Assembly: GCA_028868715.1 (NCBI GenBank)
Contig: JAGWUB010000002.1
Span: 211,388 to 275,387 of the forward strand
DNA length: 64,000 bases
Source: Patescibacteria group bacterium
GTDB lineage: Bacteria; Patescibacteriota; Minisyncoccia; Phycocordibacterales; UBA9973
Direction of reading: 5' to 3'
In this document: positions 55,955-64,000 of the stretch, in pieces
Position numbering within the stretch: position 1 is the first letter of the stretch
How the letters are laid out: every line of letters starts with the position of its first letter
Notes under the pieces: model-generated
What the model saw: only the letters and a program-made list of their open reading frames with translations
Database searches by the model: none
Told to the model about the DNA's origin: nothing
Position numbers and translations under genes: made by a program

Positions 55955-56149
55955 ATGAAAGGAATGAAAACAAATAAATCATATAGCAAGCGATTAAAAC
56001 TTACGAAAAACGGCAAGGTAATTTCTAGAAAGCCAGGTTTTAATCATTTCAATGCAAAGCAATCCCGCACCAAACAACTTGGCGGTCGCAAGCGACAAAA
56101 TTTTATAATTAAAAATAAACCAAAAAGCCACTTACTACCCTTTTCCTAA
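55955..56149 (+). CDS. rpmI: 50S ribosomal protein bL35
   Basis: Short basic protein (KRLKLTKNGKVISRK...) directly after infC, in the conserved infC-rpmI-rplT order. Confidence 0.8.
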   Translation: MKGMKTNKSYSKRLKLTKNGKVISRKPGFNHFNAKQSRTKQLGGRKRQNFIIKNKPKSHLLPFS

Positions 56150-56179
56150 GAAAAATAGCAGTGGACGTTAAATAATAAT

Positions 56180-56554
56180 ATGACAAGAGTAAAAAAAGGA
56201 GTACACGCATTAAAGAGAAGAAGAAGTGTTTTAAAGCAAACTAAAGGTATGCGACATGGTCGCAGTACTAAGGAGCGTCAGGCAAAAGAGGCGCTACTAC
56301 ACGCTGGAAACTATTCTTTCGCTCACCGAAAAGATAAGAAGTCTCATAATAGAAAACTTTGGAATATAAAAATAAATGCTAGCAGTCGTGAACTCGGCAT
56401 GTCTTATTCTAAACTAATTGATGCCCTCAAAAAGAAAAACATACTGCTTGATCGAAAAATTTTATCTGACTTTGCCGAGCATCATCCATCAACTTTTGCA
56501 AAAGTAATCGAAGCAGTAAATAAACCAAAAGCCACCGCAACTGCAACTAAATAA
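56180..56554 (+). CDS. rplT: 50S ribosomal protein bL20
   Basis: MTRVKKGVHALKRRRSVLKQTKG...HRKDKK bL20 pattern. Confidence 0.9.
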   Translation: MTRVKKGVHALKRRRSVLKQTKGMRHGRSTKERQAKEALLHAGNYSFAHRKDKKSHNRKLWNIKINASSRELGMSYSKLIDALKKKNILLDRKILSDFAEHHPSTFAKVIEAVNKPKATATATK

Positions 56555-56565
56555 TCAACAAAATA

Positions 56566-56595
56566 AAAAACCCCACACGGGGTTTTTTATTTTAC
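56566..56595. terminator. bidirectional rho-independent terminator
   Basis: AAAAAACCCCACACGGGGTTTTTTATTTT between the convergent rplT and LOG-like genes. Confidence 0.75.
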
Positions 56596-57201
56596 GGCAG
56601 GAGCTGGTGAAACTATTTTATATTCAGCTATTTTGTCTTTTTTAATGAGAGCGATGATTTCTGTGATAAGTTTTTTGGGGTCGTTGCCTACAGCTATTTT
56701 TGAATTGGGCCTATGTCCTTTGGCTACAATTTCCTCGAGCTCTGCCCCCATCTCCCATGGTCCTTCAAAAATACCGATAGGTTTTTGATCTTCAAAGGCA
56801 ATAGTAAATTCATGGATAGTTCCAATGCGTCCGCATCCACAGATAACCGCATCCGCGCTACGAGTAAGTAAAATATCGCGCCCAGCATAACCAAAGCCGG
56901 TGTAAATTATCAAATCCATATAATCAAGTGGAAGTTTGAATGTCTCTACATGTTCTTTTTCTGAAGTAGCTGGAGAAATTCCTATGGAAATACCTCCGAC
57001 TTCTTTCAAGCCCATTGCTACCCAAAGCGGAAAACCTGTCGTAGCTCCAGTTACCAGCACTGCTCCCTGACGCGCTATCTCACGTCCGAGCTCTTTGGCT
57101 TTCTCTAATGCATCCACTCCGCAGTGACCAGTCTCAGCGGCGCCCGATACGCAAATTTTTATTTGATTATGTCCGTGTTTAGTATTTAAAAGAGGTTCCA
57201 T
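56587..57201 (-). CDS. TIGR00725/LOG-like Rossmann-fold protein (SLOG superfamily)
   Basis: IKICVSGAAETGHCG...GAVLVTGATTGFP...ADAVICGCGRIGT pattern of LOG/DprA-like SLOG proteins. Confidence 0.65.
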   Translation of the reverse strand: MEPLLNTKHGHNQIKICVSGAAETGHCGVDALEKAKELGREIARQGAVLVTGATTGFPLWVAMGLKEVGGISIGISPATSEKEHVETFKLPLDYMDLIIYTGFGYAGRDILLTRSADAVICGCGRIGTIHEFTIAFEDQKPIGIFEGPWEMGAELEEIVAKGHRPNSKIAVGNDPKKLITEIIALIKKDKIAEYKIVSPAPAVK

Positions 57202-57220
57202 TTGTTCATTGTAACATTAT

Positions 57221-58585
57221 CTAACAAGAAAGCGTAACGCTGGTTCCCTGCTCCGGAGCGTAAGCTTCAATACCTAAATTATCTCTCAATTTCTGAACTA
57301 AAAACATTGAAGATTTTGGTTCACCCATGACTACAAAAACTTTTTTTATAGACTCCTGCATATCTTCCACAAAATTTAAAAGCCCATCCGAATCTTTGTG
57401 TCCTGAATATCCATAAATTGTTACGACATGTGCTCGCACTATGACATCCTCACCAGAAATACGCACTGTCTTTACGCCTTCTTGGATCAAGCGTCCTGGA
57501 CTACCTACAGCTTGGTAGCCAGCTAAAAGTATCGTATTATTTGGGTCTGGCAAATAATGTCTCTCGTGATGCACTACTCGTCCACCAGTAGACATTCCAC
57601 TGCCCGCTATGACTATTTTGGGATTCGGCACATTGGCAATCATTCTAGACTCTTCAGACTTCAAGGTATTGTGCAGCCCCGGAAAATCAAACAAGTATTT
57701 CTCGTGCGACATCGCTTTCTGAGCCGACTCATTAAAATACTCCCTAAATTGCTTAAAAACATCAGTCAAACGAATAGCCAGTGGCGAATCAAGGAAAATA
57801 GGCATTACCGGAATACGGTCCCCTTCTACTAATGCATTTAGCTCAAAAAGAAGCTCCTGTGAACGCTCTAATGAGAAAGTCGGAATGATCAGGGTGCCCT
57901 TACGTTTATAATTATCTTCAATCGTTTCTTCTAAATACTTTCGGCGCTCGTCTCTAGATTCATGATTTCTGTCACCATACACAGATTCCATAACTAGATA
58001 GTCCACATCAGGCACTTTTTCGGTATCTGGTAAGATTGGTGAAGGACTATTCCCCAAATCCCCAGTGAAGAGAATTCTCTTTCCATTGTAAGTAAATAAA
58101 ACCATCGCCGAGCCTAGTATGTGCCCTGCGTTAAAAAGTGACACTTCTAAATTTGGAGTTACATTTATTTTTTGATGGTAATCAAAACCCTCCCACAAAG
58201 AAAGTGCGAGTTTTATGTTTTCGGGCGTATAGATTTTATCTAGACCTATGTCTGTATTTTTAGATAAAATTCCAGCGGTGTCCTCAAGCATTGGGAGAGA
58301 TAAAGCTTTGGTGGGTTTAGTAGAATAAATTTTACCTCGGAAGCCTTCGTGCAGGAGTTTGGGAATTCTTCCTACATGATCCACATGCGAATGGGTGACA
58401 AAAAGAATATCTATTTCTTTTGGATCATACACGAATGGTTCCCAATTTACATCATCCGCCAACTTTAATCCTTGAGTCAGACCACAATCAACTAAAATTT
58501 TCTTACCATCAACCTCTAAAAGAAAATTAGCTCCTGTTACTGAGCCTGTACCTCCATGAAATGTTATTTTAGCTGTCTTTTCCAT
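57221..58585 (-). CDS. MBL-fold beta-CASP hydrolase (CPSF/RNase-J-like RNA-processing nuclease)
   Basis: THSHVDHVG (HxHxDH) and a downstream beta-CASP region; 454 aa. Confidence 0.8.
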   Translation of the reverse strand: MEKTAKITFHGGTGSVTGANFLLEVDGKKILVDCGLTQGLKLADDVNWEPFVYDPKEIDILFVTHSHVDHVGRIPKLLHEGFRGKIYSTKPTKALSLPMLEDTAGILSKNTDIGLDKIYTPENIKLALSLWEGFDYHQKINVTPNLEVSLFNAGHILGSAMVLFTYNGKRILFTGDLGNSPSPILPDTEKVPDVDYLVMESVYGDRNHESRDERRKYLEETIEDNYKRKGTLIIPTFSLERSQELLFELNALVEGDRIPVMPIFLDSPLAIRLTDVFKQFREYFNESAQKAMSHEKYLFDFPGLHNTLKSEESRMIANVPNPKIVIAGSGMSTGGRVVHHERHYLPDPNNTILLAGYQAVGSPGRLIQEGVKTVRISGEDVIVRAHVVTIYGYSGHKDSDGLLNFVEDMQESIKKVFVVMGEPKSSMFLVQKLRDNLGIEAYAPEQGTSVTLSC

Positions 58586-58599
58586 TTTTTTATTATACC

Positions 58600-58989
58600 T
58601 TATTTTTCTATAGAAATATAATTCTTTAAAAAGTACAGAACTGCTAATCCTCCACCAGCGAGATCAAAGAAGACATCCGAAATAGTATCTAAGGCATTAA
58701 ATGGTGTTTGCGCAATTATATTATAAAAAATAATTTCAAATACTTCCCAGCCAACCCCGACTACAAATACAAATAGCAGTATCTTTAAAAGCGACTTAAG
58801 TGAACTATCTTTGGGTGGAAAAAAATAAACAGAAGCTAGTCCGAGGCAAATTCCGCCCAATGTGTGCATGATCATATCAAAATACCAAATTGCAGAATAC
58901 CAGTAGAATTTATTTGCCAGCGAATTCACTAAAAAAAGAGTAACAGTTAAAAATGACAAAGTCTTTATAAGTTTTTTGCGATCCATCAC
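58600..58989 (-). CDS. VanZ-like membrane protein
   Basis: 4 TM helices; DVFFDLAGGGLA motif typical of VanZ family. Confidence 0.6.
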   Translation of the reverse strand: MMDRKKLIKTLSFLTVTLFLVNSLANKFYWYSAIWYFDMIMHTLGGICLGLASVYFFPPKDSSLKSLLKILLFVFVVGVGWEVFEIIFYNIIAQTPFNALDTISDVFFDLAGGGLAVLYFLKNYISIEK

Positions 58990-59011
58990 TGAATTTTATC
59001 ATATTTCCAAG

Positions 59012-59205
59012 AAAAAACCCCGCGCGGCGGGGGTACTTCTTAGGACTATCTCAGATATATTACCATAGCTAAAAGCTAAGTGGGTGCGAGACGCTTATAA
59101 CCAAGGCTATAATCGATCGACGCTCCCATAAATTGTTGTCTAGGTAATAACCGGAAATAACCCTACTAAAATTATACTACCTCCAAATTTTTCCGCAAGA
59201 TATTT
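59012..59205 (-). ncRNA. candidate structured 5' leader or small RNA with its own promoter and intrinsic terminator (upstream of the VanZ-like gene)
   Basis: On the minus strand: promoter TTGCGG-N16-TATAAT (about 59170-59200); ~155-nt transcript ending in CCCCCGCCGCGCGGGG+T6 (59012-59036), 25 nt before the VanZ-like start. Only a 17-codon ORF inside, with no SD. Confidence 0.35.
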
Positions 59206-59251
59206 TCTAAAAAAACACAAATTTCAAATAAAAACAAGTTTGACAAAATAC

Positions 59252-59278
59252 AAAAGCCCCCACTCGGGGGCTTTTTAA
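59252..59278. terminator. bidirectional terminator after ndk
   Basis: AAAAGCCCCCACTCGGGGGCTTTTT. Confidence 0.7.
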
Positions 59279-59283
59279 CTTAA

Positions 59284-59814
59284 TTAAGAGTGCTTGTGTG
59301 AATTTCTTTTTTGAGTAAATTTTTCATGAGTGGTTTCGTAGTCAAAAAGTTCATTCTCAGAAAACCAGTGCGCAATTTCCAATTTTGCTTCTTCTTGGTC
59401 TCCAGAAGCATGCAATAAGTTTGGTAAACCAACTTCTTCTTTATCAGCATGAGCAAAACTCATGTGTGAGTAATCTCCACGAATGGTTCCAGGTAATGCA
59501 CTCTTGGATTCTGTTGGTCCAACCATTTTTCTAACAAAAGCAACGGCTTCTATTCCTTCTAAAACAAAAGCAATGACAGGGCCCTCGCTCATCATTTCTA
59601 CCGTAATATCAAATATTTTTTGATTGTGACGAGATATCATCTTGCCTATAGTTTCGTAATGATGATAATAGTGCTCTTTGTCAGGAGTCAACATCTTTGC
59701 TCCCACTATCTTAAAACCCGCCTTTTCAAAACGAGATAATATTTCTCCTACTATCCCCCGCTGTACTGAATCAGGCTTGAATATTACTAATGTTCTTTCT
59801 TGTTGATTTTTCAT
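59284..59814 (-). CDS. ndk: nucleoside diphosphate kinase
   Basis: RTLVIFKPDSVQRGIVGEILSRFEKAGFKIV and NLLHASGD (catalytic His) NDK pattern. Confidence 0.9.
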   Translation of the reverse strand: MKNQQERTLVIFKPDSVQRGIVGEILSRFEKAGFKIVGAKMLTPDKEHYYHHYETIGKMISRHNQKIFDITVEMMSEGPVIAFVLEGIEAVAFVRKMVGPTESKSALPGTIRGDYSHMSFAHADKEEVGLPNLLHASGDQEEAKLEIAHWFSENELFDYETTHEKFTQKRNSHKHS

Positions 59815-59862
59815 ATGTAGCTATCTTAACAGAAAAATATATTTTTGTAAATTTATTTTAAA

Positions 59863-62643
59863 TTATTCCATTGTCCTATATCTGGCCATGATTTCGTTTT
59901 CTACCTCGGTGCGGTCGCGACCGTATTTGATATAGGAAAGTTCTTTCAAGCTATCCACGATATCTGGGTTCCCTGTTTCTGGGGCAAGAGTTTTGATGTT
60001 GAAAGGCTTGGTCGGCTGGCCATTTACCAGCATGCTCATGTAAGCATTATAGTTATCCAGTTTGGTTATATCCTGCGCTGTAAATTGAGGCTTAAATTTT
60101 TGTTCTAAAAAGTTTGCGTCTTCGGTGCCAACTCGAAAGACAGCCATAGAACCAACGTTTCCAAAAACAGCATTTTTAATTTTTTCATCTAGTTGGCTGA
60201 TGTATTGATGCGCGATATTTAATGAAAGTCGATATTTGCGAGCTTCAGACAGAATAGAAGAAATGGAATCTGTGGTGACATTTTGAAATTCGTCAATGTA
60301 AAGATAAAAGTCATTCATCGGTTTCCCAAACATATCCACTCGAGAGAGTGCTGCCATTTGAATTTTGCCCACCAAGACAAGCCCAATTAAGTTGGCATTG
60401 ATGTCTCCTAGTCGGCCCTTGGAAAGATTGACCAAGAGAATCTTTTTCTCATCCATAATTTTTCTAAAATTGAAAACTGAATTTTGTTGGAGGACCACCG
60501 GACGCATAATGTCGTTGCTGATAAAGTTGTCAAATTTTGAGGAAATATAAGGCACGAAGTTGGCTAAAGATTGATCGCCGGTTGTCTGCTCGGCATTAAT
60601 CCAAAATTGTTTAATAATTGGGTTCTTGCAACGAGCCAGTTTCATATCCCGAAACTCTTTATCGCCTAGCACCCTAGTAATTTCAAGCAAGGTTGACCCA
60701 GACTCTGGATCTTCCATCACTAAAAAGGCGCTATTTCTAAAGTATTGTTCAAACATGGCGCCACCACCAATTTTCATATCAAAAAGTTTGTTGAAAATTC
60801 CCATCATTTCGTTGACCACAAAAGTTTTCTGTTCTGGATAAGCTGGATCATATTCCAGCATATTGAGCCCCATTGGTCGCGCCGTATAGGCTGGGTCGAA
60901 ATAAATAACATCGTCAATGCGTTCTTTAGGGATACGAGACAATATAGTTTGGATATCTGTGCCGTGAGGGTCGATATAGCAACAGCCATCCCCATTTTTG
61001 ATGTCTTGAGTAATCATATTGAGCATTATGTTGGTCTTTCCGGTTCCAGTCTGACCGATGACATAAAAGTGACGCATTCTGTCTTCTCGTGCCATTTTTA
61101 CTTCAGTATCCCGACCACGGTAACTATTGATACCGAGAGTGATACCTTCGTGTCCCATTTCGATGGGCGCTGGAGCAATACCGGCCTTGGCCTCCTTGAG
61201 CTGTGGTTGACTGCCAATGCCGACAGGAAAATGAAACACAGAAGCAAGTTCTTTTAAATTCATTGGGAGCATTTTGTCGTGAGAAAAAGAACGAAATGAA
61301 AAATCATGAAATAGTTTTTTTAAATCATGGCCATGCATTTCTTCAAAAATAAAGGAGTTGCTAGCTGCTTCAGAAAATTGATTGAAGGATGATTCTATTT
61401 CTTTTAGGATGGCTTGCGCCCGCTCACGGGTTTCTCCAGAAGCGATGACTCGGATGTTGGCCTTCATGATGCTACTTTTTATCTTGTTGCTGATTTTCTC
61501 GGCTGCGCCCTCATCCACTGCGCGTCTGCCCTTCATATATTTTTCTTGATTTTTTGCTTCCGGATCTTTGGCATGCTTACCAAAAATAAGATGTTTGCCC
61601 GCTTTTAGAAAAGCTTTGTTAAATTTATAGAAATTATCGGCGGCATGCTTGACCGAATATCCGTCTTTCACATCATCTAATATTTTATGAAATTCAGTTA
61701 TAAATTTATCCCCTGCTGGAGCAACTATCAATTGAATGGCTGCGCCCTCACCTTCGGTCTGTAATTGCGAAAAAACGTTTAATATAGTGTTCATGGGGTC
61801 GTGATCTATGTTGTCATAGGTCTTGATGGGCATCACTCCCCGTTCGGTGAAAGAAGCGTAAGCTCCGACTGAACCGCCTTCTTCATTGAAGATATTGTAA
61901 TCATCGGTTACTTCGTGAACTTTGGCATTGTGATAAAAAGCCAAGATTTGCTTTTCAAAAAGTGAAATATATTTGTTTGGTATCCCAGCGTAAACTACCA
62001 CTTGATCACTTTGGTTACCGAGAGCAACTTCTAAAGTGAAATAAATTTCATCTTTGTTGAATCTATCTGCTGAGATAGACTGCATGCCAGCGTAAAATTG
62101 TTCCATCGCCCCGATAAATTCTTTGAAGCCTTTTGATTTGTCAGCCTCGTCTGTTGGCGGTGGAAGAGTTATCTCAAAAAGTGTCATGTTTAGTGATTTA
62201 TATAATGGTGTGCCTTCTTTATAATCACTCTGCAACCCTTGGGTTTGTCCTGTCTTTATATATTGAATTAAAATTCTGTGAAAGTCATCATCAATGTGCG
62301 GGTTGTTCATCCCTTCTATCACCGAGAGAGCATTACGAACTCCTTTAGTGATCACAATACCTAAAAGCTCTTCCATGACTATGTCGTGTGGTTCAGGTTT
62401 GAGCGCCAAAACTATATTTTCTTTATCGCGCTTTTCTAAGGCGTGGCTCGGATGAATTACTTTCTCAACTGGAATATTTTTATATGCTCCGACGACATCT
62501 CTGACCGCATTGTCACCGGCATGTTCAAAGCGCCCTTTTTTAATTAGATCCGCTTCCCTTTTAGCTACATGCGCTCGTAAATAATTAAGCTCCTCTTCTG
62601 GAGTCTTGAACTTTGGCATTTCCTTAAAAAATGTAGGTTCCAT
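59863..62643 (-). CDS. large FtsK/HerA/VirB4-superfamily P-loop ATPase (AAA_10-like, T4SS VirB4/TraG-type)
   Basis: 926 aa. The C-terminal half has Walker A YVIGQTGTGKTN, Walker B LYIDEFQNV and RKYRLSLNIAHQYISQL, reminiscent of the T4SS ATPase C-terminus. The ~500-aa N-terminal region is unassigned and has no TM helices. Confidence 0.6.
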   Translation of the reverse strand: MEPTFFKEMPKFKTPEEELNYLRAHVAKREADLIKKGRFEHAGDNAVRDVVGAYKNIPVEKVIHPSHALEKRDKENIVLALKPEPHDIVMEELLGIVITKGVRNALSVIEGMNNPHIDDDFHRILIQYIKTGQTQGLQSDYKEGTPLYKSLNMTLFEITLPPPTDEADKSKGFKEFIGAMEQFYAGMQSISADRFNKDEIYFTLEVALGNQSDQVVVYAGIPNKYISLFEKQILAFYHNAKVHEVTDDYNIFNEEGGSVGAYASFTERGVMPIKTYDNIDHDPMNTILNVFSQLQTEGEGAAIQLIVAPAGDKFITEFHKILDDVKDGYSVKHAADNFYKFNKAFLKAGKHLIFGKHAKDPEAKNQEKYMKGRRAVDEGAAEKISNKIKSSIMKANIRVIASGETRERAQAILKEIESSFNQFSEAASNSFIFEEMHGHDLKKLFHDFSFRSFSHDKMLPMNLKELASVFHFPVGIGSQPQLKEAKAGIAPAPIEMGHEGITLGINSYRGRDTEVKMAREDRMRHFYVIGQTGTGKTNIMLNMITQDIKNGDGCCYIDPHGTDIQTILSRIPKERIDDVIYFDPAYTARPMGLNMLEYDPAYPEQKTFVVNEMMGIFNKLFDMKIGGGAMFEQYFRNSAFLVMEDPESGSTLLEITRVLGDKEFRDMKLARCKNPIIKQFWINAEQTTGDQSLANFVPYISSKFDNFISNDIMRPVVLQQNSVFNFRKIMDEKKILLVNLSKGRLGDINANLIGLVLVGKIQMAALSRVDMFGKPMNDFYLYIDEFQNVTTDSISSILSEARKYRLSLNIAHQYISQLDEKIKNAVFGNVGSMAVFRVGTEDANFLEQKFKPQFTAQDITKLDNYNAYMSMLVNGQPTKPFNIKTLAPETGNPDIVDSLKELSYIKYGRDRTEVENEIMARYRTME

Positions 62644-62697
62644 TATTCCAATTATACCCCGTAGTGAATTTTTTACAAAATTAGTATACTAGTATAT

Positions 62698-63552
62698 ATG
62701 AAAGAAGGAGTGCCACCAAGTAAAATAGATAAATTAAGAAGGTTTGTCGAAGTCTCTAGGGAAACTACGGAGAAAATACACAGGGGGTCTGGTACTGATA
62801 TGAATAATACTGGATCAAAAAAACAAATCATATATAGAAATATCAAAGAAGCAAGGTCCGTAAAAAAACTAGAAGAAAGTTACCAAGACGGATGGACTCA
62901 TACAGATTCTGATCTGGTGAACGGATATCAGGCATTTGGTAAGGTATTTGAAAATGTAATACCAAAATATTATAAAAACATTCGTGAGTATATAGAGAAA
63001 AAGCTAGAAACTAAAGAGGGTTCTGTTGTTCTTTTAGAACTAGGAGGGGTGGCTTCTAATCTAAGTAGAGATTTTACTACTGGATTTTTAAAAAAATCTG
63101 CTGGAGTTTCACTGACGGATCTAAGACGTTCAGAATCCAGAAAAAATTCTGACAACATATTTCATCATAAAGTGATAATCGGTAATATATTTTCAGAAGA
63201 AACTCGTAAAAAAATTGAAAATTGGCTCAGGGAAGATAAGGTGGATATTATATTTGAGAAAATGGGTGGAGCATTACGTTCCATACCAAGCCATCCTACC
63301 CAATGGATAGATGAACTAAGATGGATATATAAGTTAAGTTCAGATAGAGCAATATTTTTTCTTCAAATTGCTTACAAAGAAAACAATCAATACCCTCCAA
63401 TCGTTTCCGCCAAAATAATAAAACCTTGGATAAAAATGATTGAGAGAAAATTCGAAGGTAAACTTGAAGTTGCTTGGGATGGAAATGTAATGCGAATAAC
63501 AAAACTAGAAGGTGCTCCAGAAGAATTACCTGAATTAGATATTATTCCTTAA
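62698..63552 (+). CDS. hypothetical protein
   Basis: 284 aa, divergently transcribed from the ATPase gene. Weak possible Rossmann-like VVLLELGGVAS. Confidence 0.45.
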   Translation: MKEGVPPSKIDKLRRFVEVSRETTEKIHRGSGTDMNNTGSKKQIIYRNIKEARSVKKLEESYQDGWTHTDSDLVNGYQAFGKVFENVIPKYYKNIREYIEKKLETKEGSVVLLELGGVASNLSRDFTTGFLKKSAGVSLTDLRRSESRKNSDNIFHHKVIIGNIFSEETRKKIENWLREDKVDIIFEKMGGALRSIPSHPTQWIDELRWIYKLSSDRAIFFLQIAYKENNQYPPIVSAKIIKPWIKMIERKFEGKLEVAWDGNVMRITKLEGAPEELPELDIIP

Positions 63553-64000
63553 ATTTTAGTTAAAATTTCTGGGTCACCGTCGGTGATGAGAATGGTATGT
63601 TCAAAATGAGCACTTCGTTTTCCGTCAGCGGTGTGAAAAGTATAATCATCTTCGTCTAAGGTCACATGCTTTGTACCATGATTTAACATCGGCTCTAGCG
63701 CTATAACCATTCCAGGAACTATTTTGGCACCAGTGCCAGCTTTGCCAAAATTTGGGATAAAGGGGTCTTCATGAATTTCTCGCCCGACACCGTGCCCAGC
63801 CAAAACCTCTACGATCCCGTACTTATTGCCAGCCCTAGAACGCACAAAACGTTCTATACTACTACTTATATCTCCAATCCTATTACCGACACGCGCAGCC
63901 TCAATCCCTACCTTTAGGGCCTTCTCTGTGGTGTCTATAAGTTTTTGGTCTCCGGAGCTAATTTCCCCCACCCCAGTCGTAAGGGCCATATCGGTAAAAA
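63549..64000 (-). CDS. map: methionine aminopeptidase type I (C-terminal part; N-terminus beyond window end)
   Basis: Pita-bread-fold metal ligand region (...HGVGREIHEDP...ALEPM...FEHTILIT). The ORF is open to the window edge. Confidence 0.85.
   Translation of the reverse strand, partial: FTDMALTTGVGEISSGDQKLIDTTEKALKVGIEAARVGNRIGDISSSIERFVRSRAGNKYGIVEVLAGHGVGREIHEDPFIPNFGKAGTGAKIVPGMVIALEPMLNHGTKHVTLDEDDYTFHTADGKRSAHFEHTILITDGDPEILTKI

Noticed and set aside
59040-59250. SRP (4.5S) RNA, 6S RNA or RNase P RNA in the ndk-VanZ spacer
   Set aside because: No GGUCCGGAAGGAAGCAGCCAAGG-like domain IV and no RNase P P4 elements on either strand. Kept only as an unclassified leader/sRNA candidate.
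1-64000. CRISPR arrays, transposases or IS elements, integrases, prophage genes, rRNA
   Set aside because: No repeat-spacer periodicity, no DDE or tyrosine/serine recombinase-like ORFs, and no rRNA-like conserved blocks were seen on either strand.

Overview
Scope: AT-rich bacterial chromosome segment, standard genetic code (long intact ORFs; TGA is a stop, e.g. 42441-42443). Gene content is typical of a reduced, host- or community-dependent genome of the CPR/Patescibacteria type: small tightly packed genes, many secreted or membrane hypotheticals, no biosynthetic operons, and a class II B12-dependent RNR. The lineage call is an inference from gene content only. I call about 75 CDS, 6 tRNAs (Gln-CUG, Thr-CGU, Thr-GGU, Asp-GUC, Met-CAU, Ile-UAU), a tmRNA immediately 3' of smpB, one cobalamin riboswitch, a palindromic CsoR-type operator, and several terminators. 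No rRNA, CRISPR array, transposase or integrase was seen. Housekeeping genes recognised: msrA, secG, rnj, htrA, ppiB, dgkA, pyrG, ftsE/ftsX, prfB, recG, nrdJ, ftsH, smpB, infC-rpmI-rplT, ndk and the 3' part of map.

Most interesting items:
1. A cobalamin-riboswitch-controlled pair of secreted proteins (DUF4430 plus a prenyltransferase-type alpha/alpha-toroid repeat protein). Together they look like a split transcobalamin-like B12 capture system.
2. A separate ECF-S-like / nrdJ / pduO B12-user operon.
3. A SIR2-like (SIR2_2/ThsA-like) protein with an unknown N-terminal domain, next to tRNA-Gln. It is a candidate NADase defence effector.
4. A UbiA / SDR-epimerase / HAD-phosphatase / 4-TM flippase-like cluster, suggesting a polyprenyl-phospho-pentose (DPA-like) lipid-linked sugar pathway.
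5. A csoR-copA copper island with a perfect 18-bp operator palindrome, and two unannotated tandem paralogous mini-membrane ORFs.
6. A tandem ~105-nt structured repeat with compensatory stem changes (813-1036).
7. A tRNA-Ile with a UAU anticodon.
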